Part shown: positions 21,690 through 33,027 of the stretch, in pieces
Layout of the letters: the number at the start of each line of letters is the position of its first letter
How positions within the stretch are numbered: the first letter of the stretch is position 1
DNA from: Spiribacter sp.
Lineage (GTDB): Bacteria > Pseudomonadota > Gammaproteobacteria > Nitrococcales > Nitrococcaceae
Assembly: GCA_031581235.1 (NCBI GenBank)
Contig: JAVLBW010000008.1
Span: forward strand, 32,811-96,810
Direction: 5' to 3'
DNA length: 64,000 bases
The notes under the pieces: generated by a model
What the model was told of the DNA's origin: nothing
Database searches by the model: none
The model's input: only the letters and a program-made list of their open reading frames with translations
Translations under genes and position numbers: made by a program

Positions 21690-22655
21690 ATGATAAGCGA
21701 TAACCCGGCACTAAAAGATTGGTTAGCGCAGGTGGCCCCGGAAGCGGGTGCGCTTGAGCCGATTGCGGGTGATGCTGGCAGCCGGGCGTATTTTCGGCTT
21801 AACACCAAGCCCTGCCCGCGGGTGGTGATGGTGGCGCCCGCCCAGCGCGAAGCTTGTCAGGCCTATCGGCAGGTGGGTGAGCTAATGACACAGGCCGGGT
21901 TGCACGTTCCACAAGTGCTCGCCTGCGATCTTGATGCGGGATTGATGTTGCTCGAAGATTTGGGTCATCACGACTATCTCAGCGCCCTAGATGGCCCTGA
22001 TGCGCATGGCTTAATGGATGACGCGATCAATGCGCTGGTGCGCTGGCAGGCCGCCACTCGGCCTGATGTGCTCGCGCCCTATGATGGCAAGCGCTTGGCC
22101 GACGAGCTTGATCTGTTTCCAACTTGGTATGTGCAAAGGCACTTGGGCTATCGCCCGGATGCGCAGTGGGTTGAGCGCTGGTCTGAGGGTTGTGCGCAGT
22201 TGGTTGCGGCGGCCTGTGAGCAACCCCAAGTGTGGGTGCATCGAGATTATATGGCGCGCAATTTGATCGTCAGTGCGCCCAACCCCGGCGTTATCGATTT
22301 TCAGGACGCGCTGATGGGACCGGTCACTTATGATGTCGTGAGTTTGCTCCGGGATGCCTTCTATAGCTTTTCGCAGACCGAGGAGGCGTTGTGGATTGCT
22401 CGTTACGCCGAGCGCGCCCGTGCCGCGGGTATCGCCTTACCCACCGATTGCCAACGTGCGGTTGATTGGATGGGGGCCCAGCGCCACCTAAAGGTACTGG
22501 GGATATTTGCGCGCTTGCGCTATCGCGATCAAAAACCACGTTACTTGGAGGACGCACCGCGCTTTTGGGGGTATTTACACCGTGAGCTGGGTGGCTACCC
22601 TGAGTTGGCCGACCTCGCAGCACTGCTCGCCGAATTGCCGGAGCCCAGCCGATGA
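21690..22655 (+). CDS. amgK: N-acetylmuramate/N-acetylglucosamine anomeric kinase AmgK (APH family)
   Basis: GDAGSRAYFR, HRDYMARNL, IDFQDAL, QRHLKVLGIFARL; divergent from lptD and upstream of murU. Confidence 0.88.
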   Translation: MISDNPALKDWLAQVAPEAGALEPIAGDAGSRAYFRLNTKPCPRVVMVAPAQREACQAYRQVGELMTQAGLHVPQVLACDLDAGLMLLEDLGHHDYLSALDGPDAHGLMDDAINALVRWQAATRPDVLAPYDGKRLADELDLFPTWYVQRHLGYRPDAQWVERWSEGCAQLVAAACEQPQVWVHRDYMARNLIVSAPNPGVIDFQDALMGPVTYDVVSLLRDAFYSFSQTEEALWIARYAERARAAGIALPTDCQRAVDWMGAQRHLKVLGIFARLRYRDQKPRYLEDAPRFWGYLHRELGGYPELADLAALLAELPEPSR

Positions 22656-23332
22656 ACGCAATGATCTTAGCCGCTGGGCGAGGCGAGCGTATGCGCCCGC
22701 TCACTGATCAGTGCCCAAAGGCGTTACTGCGTGTTGCTGGTCAAACGCTGCTGGACTGGCAGCTACAACGGCTAGCTGCGGCGGGTGTGCAGCGCGTGGT
22801 GGTGAATATCGCCTGGTTGGGCGAGCAAATTCGCGCCCATTTGAGCGCCCACCCGCGCGATGATCTGGAGGTGGTGATCTCCGATGAGCATGATCAGGCT
22901 TTGGAGACGGCAGGGGGTGTGATTAAGGCGCTGCCATTGCTGGGCGATGCGCCATTTTTTCTGGTCAATGCCGATGTGTGGTGTGAGTTGGCGTTATCTG
23001 AGCTACCCACGCGGCCTGAGGGGCTGGGCCATTTAGTTCTTGTCGATAACCCCTCACACCACCCAGCCGGTGATTTCTACCTTGAGGGCGATAGCGTGCG
23101 GCTGACGGGCTCAGGCGCGGGCCTAACCTATGCCGGCGTGGGTTGTTTTGACCCGGCACTGTTTCGCGCTGAGCGCCCGGGTGTCGCAGCGCTTGCGCCT
23201 ATTTTGCGCCGCGCCAGTACACGCGGCCAACTAACGGCAACGCATTACACCGGGCCTTGGACTGACGTTGGTACCCCTGCGCGGTTGGCGGCGCTTAATC
23301 AACAGCTGGGTGGCTCGGCAGACCCTCAATAA
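22652..23332 (+). CDS. murU: N-acetylmuramate alpha-1-phosphate uridylyltransferase
   Basis: [35 protein letters not shown]; paired with amgK. Confidence 0.9.
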   Translation: MNAMILAAGRGERMRPLTDQCPKALLRVAGQTLLDWQLQRLAAAGVQRVVVNIAWLGEQIRAHLSAHPRDDLEVVISDEHDQALETAGGVIKALPLLGDAPFFLVNADVWCELALSELPTRPEGLGHLVLVDNPSHHPAGDFYLEGDSVRLTGSGAGLTYAGVGCFDPALFRAERPGVAALAPILRRASTRGQLTATHYTGPWTDVGTPARLAALNQQLGGSADPQ

Positions 23333-23927
23333 TACGTTGGGTGAGCGCGCTGGCTGCTTGCTCGAGCGAGCAGGCCACGCCAAGTGAGGCTAAGTCGGTG
23401 ACCGCCATGCCGGCGTGGCCGCAGGGGTTGATACGCTGATAAGGGCTTAAGTCCATAGCGATATTCACCGCCAAGCCGTGATAGCTGCAACCGCGCCGAA
23501 TCCTCAGTCCCAACGCGGCAATTTTGGCACCATCAACGTAAACACCGGGTGCGTCGTCCCGCGCCGCCGCGCTGATACCCCATTGCCCCAGCCAATCGAT
23601 AACGCTTAACTCGAGCAAGCTAACCAAACGCCGGGCGCCCAGTTGATGACGGCGTAAATCGAGCAACGGATAGATGACGATTTGCCCGGGCCCGTGGTAG
23701 GTCACTTGACCGCCCCGATCGCTTTGCACCACCGCGATGGGGCCGGCATCGAGAATGTGCTCAGGACGCCCGGCTTGGCCCAGCGTGAATACCGGCGGGT
23801 GTTCAACCTGCCATATCTCATCAGCGCTATCAGCGCCGCGCGCATCGGTGAATGCGCGCATCGCCTGCCAGACGCTCGCGTACTCAGCCTGTTGCCAGTC
23901 GCGGATACGCAGAGTGGGTGTTGTCAC
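23295..23927 (-). CDS. lipB: Octanoyltransferase
   Basis: [40 protein letters not shown]. Confidence 0.97.
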   Translation of the reverse strand: MTTPTLRIRDWQQAEYASVWQAMRAFTDARGADSADEIWQVEHPPVFTLGQAGRPEHILDAGPIAVVQSDRGGQVTYHGPGQIVIYPLLDLRRHQLGARRLVSLLELSVIDWLGQWGISAAARDDAPGVYVDGAKIAALGLRIRRGCSYHGLAVNIAMDLSPYQRINPCGHAGMAVTDLASLGVACSLEQAASALTQRIIEGLPSHPAVD

Positions 23928-24199
23928 AAGGTCGCAAGAACGCCGCTATGGGCCTGCAGATCGGCATAAATGGCGTCAAGCTGATCCCGGCTTTGGGCGG
24001 TGATCGTCACAGTCACCGATAAAAATCGACCTTGTCGGCTCTGACTGGTGCGGCAATTGGCGCTCGGTGTCTCGGGCGCATGCTCAGTGACGATAGCCCA
24101 AACGGCCTGCGTTAGGTCATCGGTGTGCGGCCCCATGGCTTTGACTGGGTACTCGCACGGAAAGGTCAGACCAGGTGCGTCGGTGTTTACTCCATCCAT
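23924..24199 (-). CDS. ybeD: YbeD/DUF493 family protein
   Basis: [22 protein letters not shown]; between dacA and lipB. Confidence 0.9.
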   Translation of the reverse strand: MDGVNTDAPGLTFPCEYPVKAMGPHTDDLTQAVWAIVTEHAPETPSANCRTSQSRQGRFLSVTVTITAQSRDQLDAIYADLQAHSGVLATL

Positions 24200-25356
24200 A
24201 ATCTAAGGCTATCGATCATTCGCCCGATAACGCCACCTTCGGGCGCGGGGTTCAGCGCAATCACATCACGCTCAGCTAATAGCTCACCTGCTAGGCTCAC
24301 GCGCAGCTGGCCAACGGCAGCGTCTTTCTCGAGCGGCGCGATCAGTGGGTTGTTGACGCTAAGTTCGGCATTCAGCCGCTCGTAGGCGCGCACCGGGATG
24401 GTGACATGCAGGGCTTCAGCGACACCGATATCAAGCGTGTCGCGCTCACCTTTCCACAGCGTGGGCTGCTCGATGACCTCGCGCGCCCCATACAAGCGGT
24501 GAGTTTTGAAAAACCGGTAGCCGTAACTGAGCAGCGATTGGGTTTGCTCGATCCGTGCAGAGGCACTGTCGGTGCCCATCACAACGGATATCAGCCGCAT
24601 GCCGTCACGATTAGCCGACGTCGCCAGACAGTAGCCAGCGCTCTCGGTATAGCCGGTTTTTACGCCGTCTACTGATGAATCACGGCCGAGTAGACGGTTG
24701 CGGTTGGGCTGTTCGATATCGTTCCAGGTGAAAGACTGCTCGGAGTAGAGCTCATAGAACGTTGGGAAGCGGCTGATGAGTGCCTGCACAAGTCGTGCGG
24801 TATCGGCAACGCTTGAGTAGTGCTCATCACTCGGTAGCCCAGCGGCATTGGTGTAGTGGGTGTTGGTCATGCCGAGCTCGGCGGCGTACTGGTTCATTAG
24901 CGAGGCGAAGGTTGCCTCGGTTCCGGCGATATGCTCAGCCAGGGCAACGCTGGCGTCGTTACCTGACTGAATAATCATGCCCCGGAGCAGATTTTCGATA
25001 CTCACCTCGTCGCCGACCTCGATAAACATCCGCGAGCCGACCGCGCGCCATGCCTTTTCGCTGATCAGGACCGTGTCACTGAGCTGGAGGTTGCCGGCCT
25101 TAAGCTCACTAAACACCACAAAGGCGGTCATAATTTTGGTCAGGCTGGCTGGATCGCGGCGTTGGTCGATATTGCGCTCGGCAAGCACACGGCCGCTGTG
25201 GAAGTCCATGAGCATATAGCCCTCAGCGCCGAGGCTTGGTGGTGCCGGTACCGGAATCGATTGGGTCTGAGCTGAGGCGTTTAAGCCCCCAAACAAAGCA
25301 AACAAAACAACAATTAAGCGCAGTAGCGACAGCGTCGGCATAGTGGCGTTTCTCAT
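24187..25356 (-). CDS. dacA: D-alanyl-D-alanine carboxypeptidase (PBP5/6)
   Basis: PASLTK (SxxK), SGN, KTG. Confidence 0.93.
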   Translation of the reverse strand: MRNATMPTLSLLRLIVVLFALFGGLNASAQTQSIPVPAPPSLGAEGYMLMDFHSGRVLAERNIDQRRDPASLTKIMTAFVVFSELKAGNLQLSDTVLISEKAWRAVGSRMFIEVGDEVSIENLLRGMIIQSGNDASVALAEHIAGTEATFASLMNQYAAELGMTNTHYTNAAGLPSDEHYSSVADTARLVQALISRFPTFYELYSEQSFTWNDIEQPNRNRLLGRDSSVDGVKTGYTESAGYCLATSANRDGMRLISVVMGTDSASARIEQTQSLLSYGYRFFKTHRLYGAREVIEQPTLWKGERDTLDIGVAEALHVTIPVRAYERLNAELSVNNPLIAPLEKDAAVGQLRVSLAGELLAERDVIALNPAPEGGVIGRMIDSLRLWME

Positions 25357-25363
25357 TCAGTGG

Positions 25364-26152
25364 TCATAGGTCTGAGGGAATAATGACATGACCGGGATCA
25401 AAATTGGCACGGCGTAGTTCGTCTGTGGTTCGATCAACGGCCGCCACATCGGTAAGCGGTCCGAGTCGGACGCGGTGTAAACCATCCTCACCACGTGCGA
25501 TTTGCACCGGTGTGGCAATCGCCGCGTCTTTAAGGTCGCGGCGTAAGCGCTCGGCATTGGCTGCATCGCCAAACGCGGCGATTTGGATCCAGTAGGTGGC
25601 TTTGTCGTCGCGCTTGACTGGCTGCACGCTTGCCGGCTCATCGGCACTGAGCGTGCGGATTTCAACCGGTGCGGTGCCAGTGCCCAGCATGCCGAGCTTA
25701 GCGGCCGCCGCATAGGAAAGATCGATAATGCGATTATCAGCAAACGGCCCGCGATCGTTGACCTTAACCACAATGGTTCGGCCGTTCTCTAAATGCCGAA
25801 CCTCGACCCACACCGGCAGGGGAAGGTGTTTGTGCGCGGCGGTCATCGCATACATGTCGTAGGGCTCACCACTGGAGGTACGACGGCCATGAAATTTGCT
25901 GCCGTACCACGAGGCGATGCCGCGCTCACGATGCCCAGCCGCGCTATCCATAACCTCGTAGCGCTGGCCAAAGACTTCGTAGCTGGGCGGATTGCCATAG
26001 CGGCTTTGCGGTACCTGCTGGGGGACGGCGTCGGGGATTTCGCTGGGGTTCTCAAGAATTCGCCCAGGGCCGTCGCCGGGTTCGGGCACCATGCCACTAC
26101 AACCGGCGAGGATGAGCACAGCCAAGCCGATGAGGATGGGTTTAGCGCTCAT
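25364..26152 (-). CDS. rlpA: Septal lytic transglycosylase RlpA
   Basis: Lipobox LAGC, GIASWYG, TAAHKHLPLP, VNDRGPF, C-terminal SPOR domain; start ATG 26152. Confidence 0.95.
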   Translation of the reverse strand: MSAKPILIGLAVLILAGCSGMVPEPGDGPGRILENPSEIPDAVPQQVPQSRYGNPPSYEVFGQRYEVMDSAAGHRERGIASWYGSKFHGRRTSSGEPYDMYAMTAAHKHLPLPVWVEVRHLENGRTIVVKVNDRGPFADNRIIDLSYAAAAKLGMLGTGTAPVEIRTLSADEPASVQPVKRDDKATYWIQIAAFGDAANAERLRRDLKDAAIATPVQIARGEDGLHRVRLGPLTDVAAVDRTTDELRRANFDPGHVIIPSDL

Positions 26153-27153
26153 CGGCGTTTGGCCTTTATTGCTTGGGCGAGTTGGTAGACCGCCATGGCA
26201 TAGAGGGGGCTGTGGTTGTAGCGGGTGATGACATAGAAATTGTTTAACGTCAGCCAATATTCGGGACCGTTGCGCGTTTCCAGCGCTAATAACCGCGCGG
26301 GCTCATCAGCTGCTAAGGGCCGCTGGGTGCGGACACCCTGTTGGGTTAAGTCAGCGACAACATGGCGCGGCTTGAGGTCGCCGCCGAGGAGGCCCTCATC
26401 GACGCGGCCCTCAATTTGAGCGGGTTGGGCAATCGGTGCACCAGCGCGCCAGTGGTGGCGAGCAAAGTAGTTGCCGACACTGCCAATGGCATCGGCGGGT
26501 TCGGAGAACAAATCCCGCCGACCGTTGCCGTTAAAATCAACCGCGTAAGCTCGGTAGCTACTCGCAATAAACTGTGGCACGCCCATCGCGCCAGCATAGG
26601 AGCCGAGCGGTGTGCGCGGGTCGATGCCCTCTTCGTTGGTCAGGATGAGAAAGGCTTCGAGCTCGCTGCGAAAAAAGTCAGCCCGCGGCGGATAAGCGAA
26701 GGCGAGCGTGCGCAGAGCATCTAGGACGCGATGACGACCGCGGTAGCGGCCATACTGGGTTTCAACCCCAATGATGGCGACAACGATCTCGGCCGGGACG
26801 CCATAGCGATCTTCTACTGCGTCGAGTAATTCGCGGTGCTCGTTCCAGTAGGCGATGCCGGCATTGATGCGCTCATCGGTCAAAAAGATAGCGCGATAGC
26901 GGTGCCAAGGGAGGGCCTCGGCTGGGTTGCTAATGGCGTCGATAATGCTTTGCTGATGGGCTGCTTCGTCGCGAATTAATGCCTCGACGGCCGTGGCGTC
27001 CATGCCATGTTGATCAGCCATGGTTTGAGCAAAGTCGCGCATGGCACGGGCGTCAGCAGGGTCGTCAGGCGCGGCAAAGCTGCTACAGCCAGTGCTGATG
27101 AGCAGCACGCCGATGACTAGTGCGCGATAGAAGAATGGATGAACTTCGTTCAA
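26149..27153 (-). CDS. mltB: Lytic murein transglycosylase B
   Basis: IIGVETQYG, GSYAGAMG, QFIASSY, NFYVITRYNHS; likely TTG start overlapping the rodA TGA. Confidence 0.93.
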   Translation of the reverse strand: MNEVHPFFYRALVIGVLLISTGCSSFAAPDDPADARAMRDFAQTMADQHGMDATAVEALIRDEAAHQQSIIDAISNPAEALPWHRYRAIFLTDERINAGIAYWNEHRELLDAVEDRYGVPAEIVVAIIGVETQYGRYRGRHRVLDALRTLAFAYPPRADFFRSELEAFLILTNEEGIDPRTPLGSYAGAMGVPQFIASSYRAYAVDFNGNGRRDLFSEPADAIGSVGNYFARHHWRAGAPIAQPAQIEGRVDEGLLGGDLKPRHVVADLTQQGVRTQRPLAADEPARLLALETRNGPEYWLTLNNFYVITRYNHSPLYAMAVYQLAQAIKAKRR

Positions 27154-28289
27154 GCAGGCCACATTCGTCGGTGGGTACGGATAGACATAAGAATACCGAA
27201 GCCGGCGAGAAGCGTCACCATGGCTGAGCCGCCGTAGCTTACCAGCGGCAATGGCAGGCCAACCACGGGCAAGAGGCCCGAGACCATGCCAATGTTGACA
27301 AAACAATAGACCGAGAAGGTAATCGCGAGCCCGCCCGCGAGTAGGCGCGAGAAGTTGTCTTGCGCGTCGTGGGCAATCCATAGCGCCCGTCCGATAATGG
27401 CGGCATAGAGAATGATTAACCCAAGCACGCCGAGCAAGCCAAATTCCTCGGCCATTACGGCGAAGACGAAATCGGTATGACGCTCGGGAATAAATTGCAG
27501 ATGCGCTTGCGTGCCATTAAGCCAGCCCTTACCGAACACGCCCCCTGAGCCAATTGCAATTTGCGATTGAATAATGTTGTAGCCCGCGCCCAGTGGATCG
27601 CGTTCAGGGTCAAGAAAGGTGAGGACGCGCTGGCGCTGATAGCCCTGCATGCCAAATACCCAAAGCACCGGAAGCGCGGCGATTAGCGCGCCAACGAGCA
27701 GACTGATTAGTCGCCAGCGCAGCCCGGCTAAAAAAAGCACCGCAGCGCCGGCAACGCCGACCAAGATGGCTGTGCCCAGATCAGGCTGGATCGCGATGAC
27801 ACCGACAACCAGGGCGATGATCGCCAGCGCGATGAATGACCGCCCGAGCGGCGTCGGCAGCGTCGCACTTGCTAGCAGCCAAGCCACCATCATCGGCAGG
27901 CTGAGTTTCATCAGCTCTGAGGGTTGAAAATCAACCACGCCAAAATCGAGCCAGCGCTGCGCACCACCACCAATTTGACCAGCGACGAGCACGGCGACGA
28001 GCAGCGCGAGCGAGAGTCCAAACACCCAAGGTGCTAGACCGACCAAGCGCCATGGTGGGACTTGGGCGGCGACTAACAGCGCGCCAAAACCAATTCCGAG
28101 GCGAATGAGGTGGCCCTGAACCGGTTGCATGCGCCCGCCAAAGGCGCTGTACAACACCACCACGCCAACGCCGGCAAGCAATAGCAGCAATGTCAGTAAC
28201 ACGCCGTCCAAATGCAGGCGCCGTTGGAGCAACGTCCCAGCTTGCGCGCCGGCGGCCCCGGGCGCGCTATTGGAGAGCCAAGTCGCCAT
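27150..28289 (-). CDS. rodA: Rod shape-determining SEDS glycosyltransferase RodA
   Basis: GAQRW, QPSELMK, QPDLGT, PERHTDF, EEFG, SYGGS. Confidence 0.97.
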   Translation of the reverse strand: MATWLSNSAPGAAGAQAGTLLQRRLHLDGVLLTLLLLLAGVGVVVLYSAFGGRMQPVQGHLIRLGIGFGALLVAAQVPPWRLVGLAPWVFGLSLALLVAVLVAGQIGGGAQRWLDFGVVDFQPSELMKLSLPMMVAWLLASATLPTPLGRSFIALAIIALVVGVIAIQPDLGTAILVGVAGAAVLFLAGLRWRLISLLVGALIAALPVLWVFGMQGYQRQRVLTFLDPERDPLGAGYNIIQSQIAIGSGGVFGKGWLNGTQAHLQFIPERHTDFVFAVMAEEFGLLGVLGLIILYAAIIGRALWIAHDAQDNFSRLLAGGLAITFSVYCFVNIGMVSGLLPVVGLPLPLVSYGGSAMVTLLAGFGILMSIRTHRRMWPA

Positions 28290-30111
28290 TACGTTCGAGT
28301 TGTTTTAGCCATGTGGTGATCACCTCTTTCGCCATGGGTGCAGCGGTTTGACTGCCGCTGCCGCCATTCTCAACCACCACCGCGACTGCAATGCGTGGGT
28401 CAGCGGCTGGGGCGAAGGCGGTGAATAAAGCATGATCATGAAAACGCTCGGGGATCGCTTGCTCGTCGTATTCTTCATCCTGGCCAATGCCAATCACTTG
28501 TGCGGTGCCGGTTTTGCCCGCCAATTCGTAATCGGAGGGCGCGATCTGCCGCGCGGTGCCGCGAGGGCCATGGACGACTTCAACCATGGAGTCGATCGCG
28601 ACCTGCCAGAGTTGCTCGTTATCGAGCGTGAGTCGATCGGTTTCGGGCGCTGAGGGCTTGGCGTCGCGTTTGCTGCGCAAATGCGGTCGGACCGGGCGGC
28701 CGCGGTTGGCGAGCATCGCCGTTGAGGTGGCTAGCTGAATCGGCGTCGATAAAGTAAAGCCCTGGCCGATGCCGGTGTTAATCGTTTCACCGCGATACCA
28801 CGACGCATCGAGCGTCGCGCGCTTCCACTCGCGTGAGGGCATAATGCCGGCGCGCTCGCCAGGCAGGTCAATGCCGGTGAGCGCGCCAAAACCAAATTCA
28901 CTCATCCATTGATGCATCGAATCGATCCCCATGCGATGGGCGAGATCGTAATAATAAATATCACAAGACTGGGCAACCGCCTGTATTAAATCGATGCGAC
29001 CATGGCCCTCAGGTTTCCAGTCACGCCAGACCCGCTTTACGTCGGGCAGTTCGTAGGTGCCATTGCAAAACATGGTGGCGTTGGGGTCGAGATGGCCCGA
29101 GGCGGCACCCGCTAGCCCGAGAAACGGCTTAATGGTTGAGCCGGGTGGGTAACGGCCACTTAGCGCGCGGTTAAATAACGGCTGGGTTGGGCTGGCGCTG
29201 AGTTGCTCAAAGGCCTCGCGATCAATGCCCTGAACAAGGGCGTTGGGGTTAAATCCAGGCTGGCTCGCTAAGGCGAGCACGGCGCCATCGCGAGGGTCGA
29301 GCGCAACAATGGCTCCGCGAAAGTCACCGAGCGCTTGCTCGGCGGCTTGCTGCAGATCAATATCCAGGGTGAGGTGAATATCCGCTCCGGGCGTGGGGGG
29401 ATCGCGATCGAGCACGCGAATCGAGCGGCCCAGTGCATTCGATTCAATATGCTCGATGCCCATTGTGCCGCGTAATTCGTGTTCGTATAGGCGCTCGATT
29501 CCAGTTTTGCCGATGAGGCTGGTGCCGCGGTAGCGGCGCTGATCACGCTGGCGTAATTCATTTCGGGTGATGCGGCCGACATAGCCAACCACGTGGGCCG
29601 CGGTGCTGGCATAGGGGTAATGGCGGTTTAAGTACGCTTCGACTTCAACGCCGGGAAAGCGGTGTCGATTCACCGCCAAACGCCCAACCTGTTGTTCGGT
29701 CAGCTGAGACTTTAGCGGAATCTGTTGGAAATGCCGGGCTTGGGCGCGTGCCTCGGCAAAGGCGGCGCGCTCCTCGGCGCTAATGCCAATGAGGTTATCG
29801 AGCGCGCTGAGGAGCGCTGGCATGTCATCGACTTGTTCGGGGATGACGCTGAGCCGGAACGCCGCTTGATTATCGGCAAGCACCTCGCCGTTGCGGTCAT
29901 AAATGATGCCGCGCGTGGGGCTGAGTGGGGCGATACGCACACGGTTATCTTGTGAGCGCGCACTGAGTTGCTCATGTTGGCCGACTTGCAGGTAAATTAA
30001 CTGTCCAACCAGCCCGATAAATAAAAGCCCAATAATGACGCTGGCAATGATCAGTCGTTGCCGCACGATGCGGCGCTCACCAGACTGATCACGAAACTGC
30101 TCAAGGCGCAT
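28267..30111 (-). CDS. mrdA: Penicillin-binding protein 2
   Basis: PTRGIIYDRNG, PPGSTIK, SCD, GKTGTAQ. Confidence 0.97.
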   Translation of the reverse strand: MRLEQFRDQSGERRIVRQRLIIASVIIGLLFIGLVGQLIYLQVGQHEQLSARSQDNRVRIAPLSPTRGIIYDRNGEVLADNQAAFRLSVIPEQVDDMPALLSALDNLIGISAEERAAFAEARAQARHFQQIPLKSQLTEQQVGRLAVNRHRFPGVEVEAYLNRHYPYASTAAHVVGYVGRITRNELRQRDQRRYRGTSLIGKTGIERLYEHELRGTMGIEHIESNALGRSIRVLDRDPPTPGADIHLTLDIDLQQAAEQALGDFRGAIVALDPRDGAVLALASQPGFNPNALVQGIDREAFEQLSASPTQPLFNRALSGRYPPGSTIKPFLGLAGAASGHLDPNATMFCNGTYELPDVKRVWRDWKPEGHGRIDLIQAVAQSCDIYYYDLAHRMGIDSMHQWMSEFGFGALTGIDLPGERAGIMPSREWKRATLDASWYRGETINTGIGQGFTLSTPIQLATSTAMLANRGRPVRPHLRSKRDAKPSAPETDRLTLDNEQLWQVAIDSMVEVVHGPRGTARQIAPSDYELAGKTGTAQVIGIGQDEEYDEQAIPERFHDHALFTAFAPAADPRIAVAVVVENGGSGSQTAAPMAKEVITTWLKQLERNGDLALQ

Positions 30112-30113
30112 GC

Positions 30114-30602
30114 TTAGTTAACCTGGTAAGTGCGGCGTAAGCGGCGTAACAGCACGAAGATGAGCGGCCAAAGCGCCGCGCTAATGAAGGCAGGCATCCA
30201 AAATTGCCAATCTAATTGGGCATTGCCACCTAACCCGCGTACCCACAATAGGCTGATCCGAGCAATCAGTAGTATGACCAATACATTCAAGGCTTGTTGC
30301 CAGATGGGGAGGTTGCGGATGCGCTGGTGGAGTTGAAGAATAATAAACACCGCGAGTGTTAACGACAGCGCGTGCGCGCCGAGCAGCGTTGCTTGCAAGA
30401 CGTCTTGGACAATGCCAGTCAACCAAGCGACACCCAATCCGACTCGCGCCGGCAAGGCGAGGCTCCAATAAATCAGTACCAAGCCAATCCACTCGGGTCG
30501 AAACGCTGCCAGGCCCCCAGGTAGCGGGACAATGGTGAGAACCAAGGCCAGCACGACAGTGAGTACGATCAGCCAGCCGCCCTGATGTGACGGGCTATTC
30601 AT
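30114..30602 (-). CDS. mreD: Rod shape-determining protein MreD
   Basis: Hydrophobic 162 aa, RPEWIGLVLIYW, LLGAHAL, WPLIF. Confidence 0.95.
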   Translation of the reverse strand: MNSPSHQGGWLIVLTVVLALVLTIVPLPGGLAAFRPEWIGLVLIYWSLALPARVGLGVAWLTGIVQDVLQATLLGAHALSLTLAVFIILQLHQRIRNLPIWQQALNVLVILLIARISLLWVRGLGGNAQLDWQFWMPAFISAALWPLIFVLLRRLRRTYQVN

Positions 30603-31467
30603 CAGCGTCGGCCTCAGGGGTGGGTGGCGGGCTGGTTTCGCGTTGAATCAAAAGGACTTCTTGAATACGTCCCAGTGCGCCATGGGGCGCAACGTCAATG
30701 CTTGCAAAGGGGGCGCCGGGGTCGGGATTGATGGCGCTCACTGCACCGACGGGATAACCGGCCGGAAAGCGCCCGCCAAGCCCTGAGGTTACCAATAGAT
30801 CGTTGACTTTAATGTCGGCATTATTGGGCAAGCTCTCAATATTGAGCACATCGGTGCGCCCGGTTCCGAGGGCAACGCTGCGCAGCCCGTTGCGGTTGAC
30901 TTGAACGGGGATGGCGTGGCCCGGGTCACTAATGAGTCGCACCGTGGCGCTGAACGGCGAGACATGGTCAACCTGGCCAATGACGCCGTCACCATCGATG
31001 ACCGCTTGGCCCACTTCGACGCCTGCGTTGAGCCCTTTGTCAATTTCGATGACGTGGCTGAAGGGGTCGAGATCGACGGCAACGAGCTCGGCAATGAGGA
31101 CGGGCTGCTCAAGGTCATAGGATGAGTCGAGGAGGCTGCGCAAGCGGATATTTTCAACCTCAAGGGCATCGAGGCGTTGCAAGCGCGCTTCAACCACCTG
31201 CTGGCGATTGCGCAAGCGCTCATTTTCGGCAATCAATTCACGGCGGCTCGCCAGTTGTTGGTCAGCGCTGGCGACTAGCTGACTGGGTAGCTCAGCGATC
31301 AGTCGAATCGGGTGGGCGAGCGCGGAAACGGTCTGACGGATGGGATCAAGCAAACCGAGGCGATAATCGGTCATCATCAGCGCGAGCGACATAACCACCA
31401 GCAGCACGAAGCGCACGCTGGTTGAGGGGCCTTCAGTAAATAGCGGTTTGATGGTCTCGCTCTCCAC
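30595..31467 (-). CDS. mreC: Rod shape-determining protein MreC (start uncertain: GTG 31467 or ATC 31452)
   Basis: IKPLFTEGPS, ENIRLRSLL, GVIGQV, VTSGLGGRFPAGYPV. Confidence 0.95.
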   Translation of the reverse strand: MESETIKPLFTEGPSTSVRFVLLVVMSLALMMTDYRLGLLDPIRQTVSALAHPIRLIAELPSQLVASADQQLASRRELIAENERLRNRQQVVEARLQRLDALEVENIRLRSLLDSSYDLEQPVLIAELVAVDLDPFSHVIEIDKGLNAGVEVGQAVIDGDGVIGQVDHVSPFSATVRLISDPGHAIPVQVNRNGLRSVALGTGRTDVLNIESLPNNADIKVNDLLVTSGLGGRFPAGYPVGAVSAINPDPGAPFASIDVAPHGALGRIQEVLLIQRETSPPPTPEADADE

Positions 31468-31542
31468 GCCGGTTACAGCCACAAACCCCAAGGCTAGTTA
31501 CATCAGGGTGCTCGCCGCAACTGCTTGAGCCGGAGCCGGCAT

Positions 31543-32616
<1,074 letters not shown>

Positions 32617-32618
32617 CT

Positions 32619-32647
32619 AAGTTATCAACAGCCGGGGGTTTGGGCAA
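32619..32647 (-). promoter_or_regulatory. Candidate sigma70 promoter for the mreB operon
   Basis: Minus strand TTGCCC-17 nt-TAACTT. Confidence 0.35.
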
Positions 32648-32658
32648 GCCGCCCGATG

Positions 32659-32667
32659 TGGTAGTTT
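32659..32667 (+). promoter_or_regulatory. Candidate extended -10 promoter for gatCAB
   Basis: TG-g-TAGTTT, 37 nt before the gatC ATG. Confidence 0.3.
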
Positions 32668-32704
32668 TAACGGCTGGTGCCGGGCTTTTCGAGGGAATCT
32701 GTGC

Positions 32705-32992
32705 ATGGCGGTGGATCAGGATGATGTCGGGCAGATCGCCCATCTCGCACGGCTTGCCGTTAGCGATGAAGCGCGCGCTGAGCACGCTCGCAACCTCAGC
32801 AATATTTTGGCTTTCGTCGAACGCTTGTCGGCGGTCGACACGCAGGGCGTTGAGCCACTGGCCCATCCGCTGGAAATGACGCAGCGGCTGCGCGTCGATG
32901 AGGTCAGCGAAGGCAATCAGCGCGATCGCTTTCAGGCGCTGGCACCACTGACCGAAGACGGTCATTACTTAGTACCGCGTGTTATCGAATAA
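32705..32992 (+). CDS. gatC: Asp/Glu-tRNA amidotransferase subunit C
   Basis: [26 protein letters not shown]. Confidence 0.96.
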   Translation: MAVDQDDVGQIAHLARLAVSDEARAEHARNLSNILAFVERLSAVDTQGVEPLAHPLEMTQRLRVDEVSEGNQRDRFQALAPLTEDGHYLVPRVIE

Positions 32993-33027
32993 CGCTCCCC
33001 ATCGGGGCTCGCCAGGATCAGACCAAC

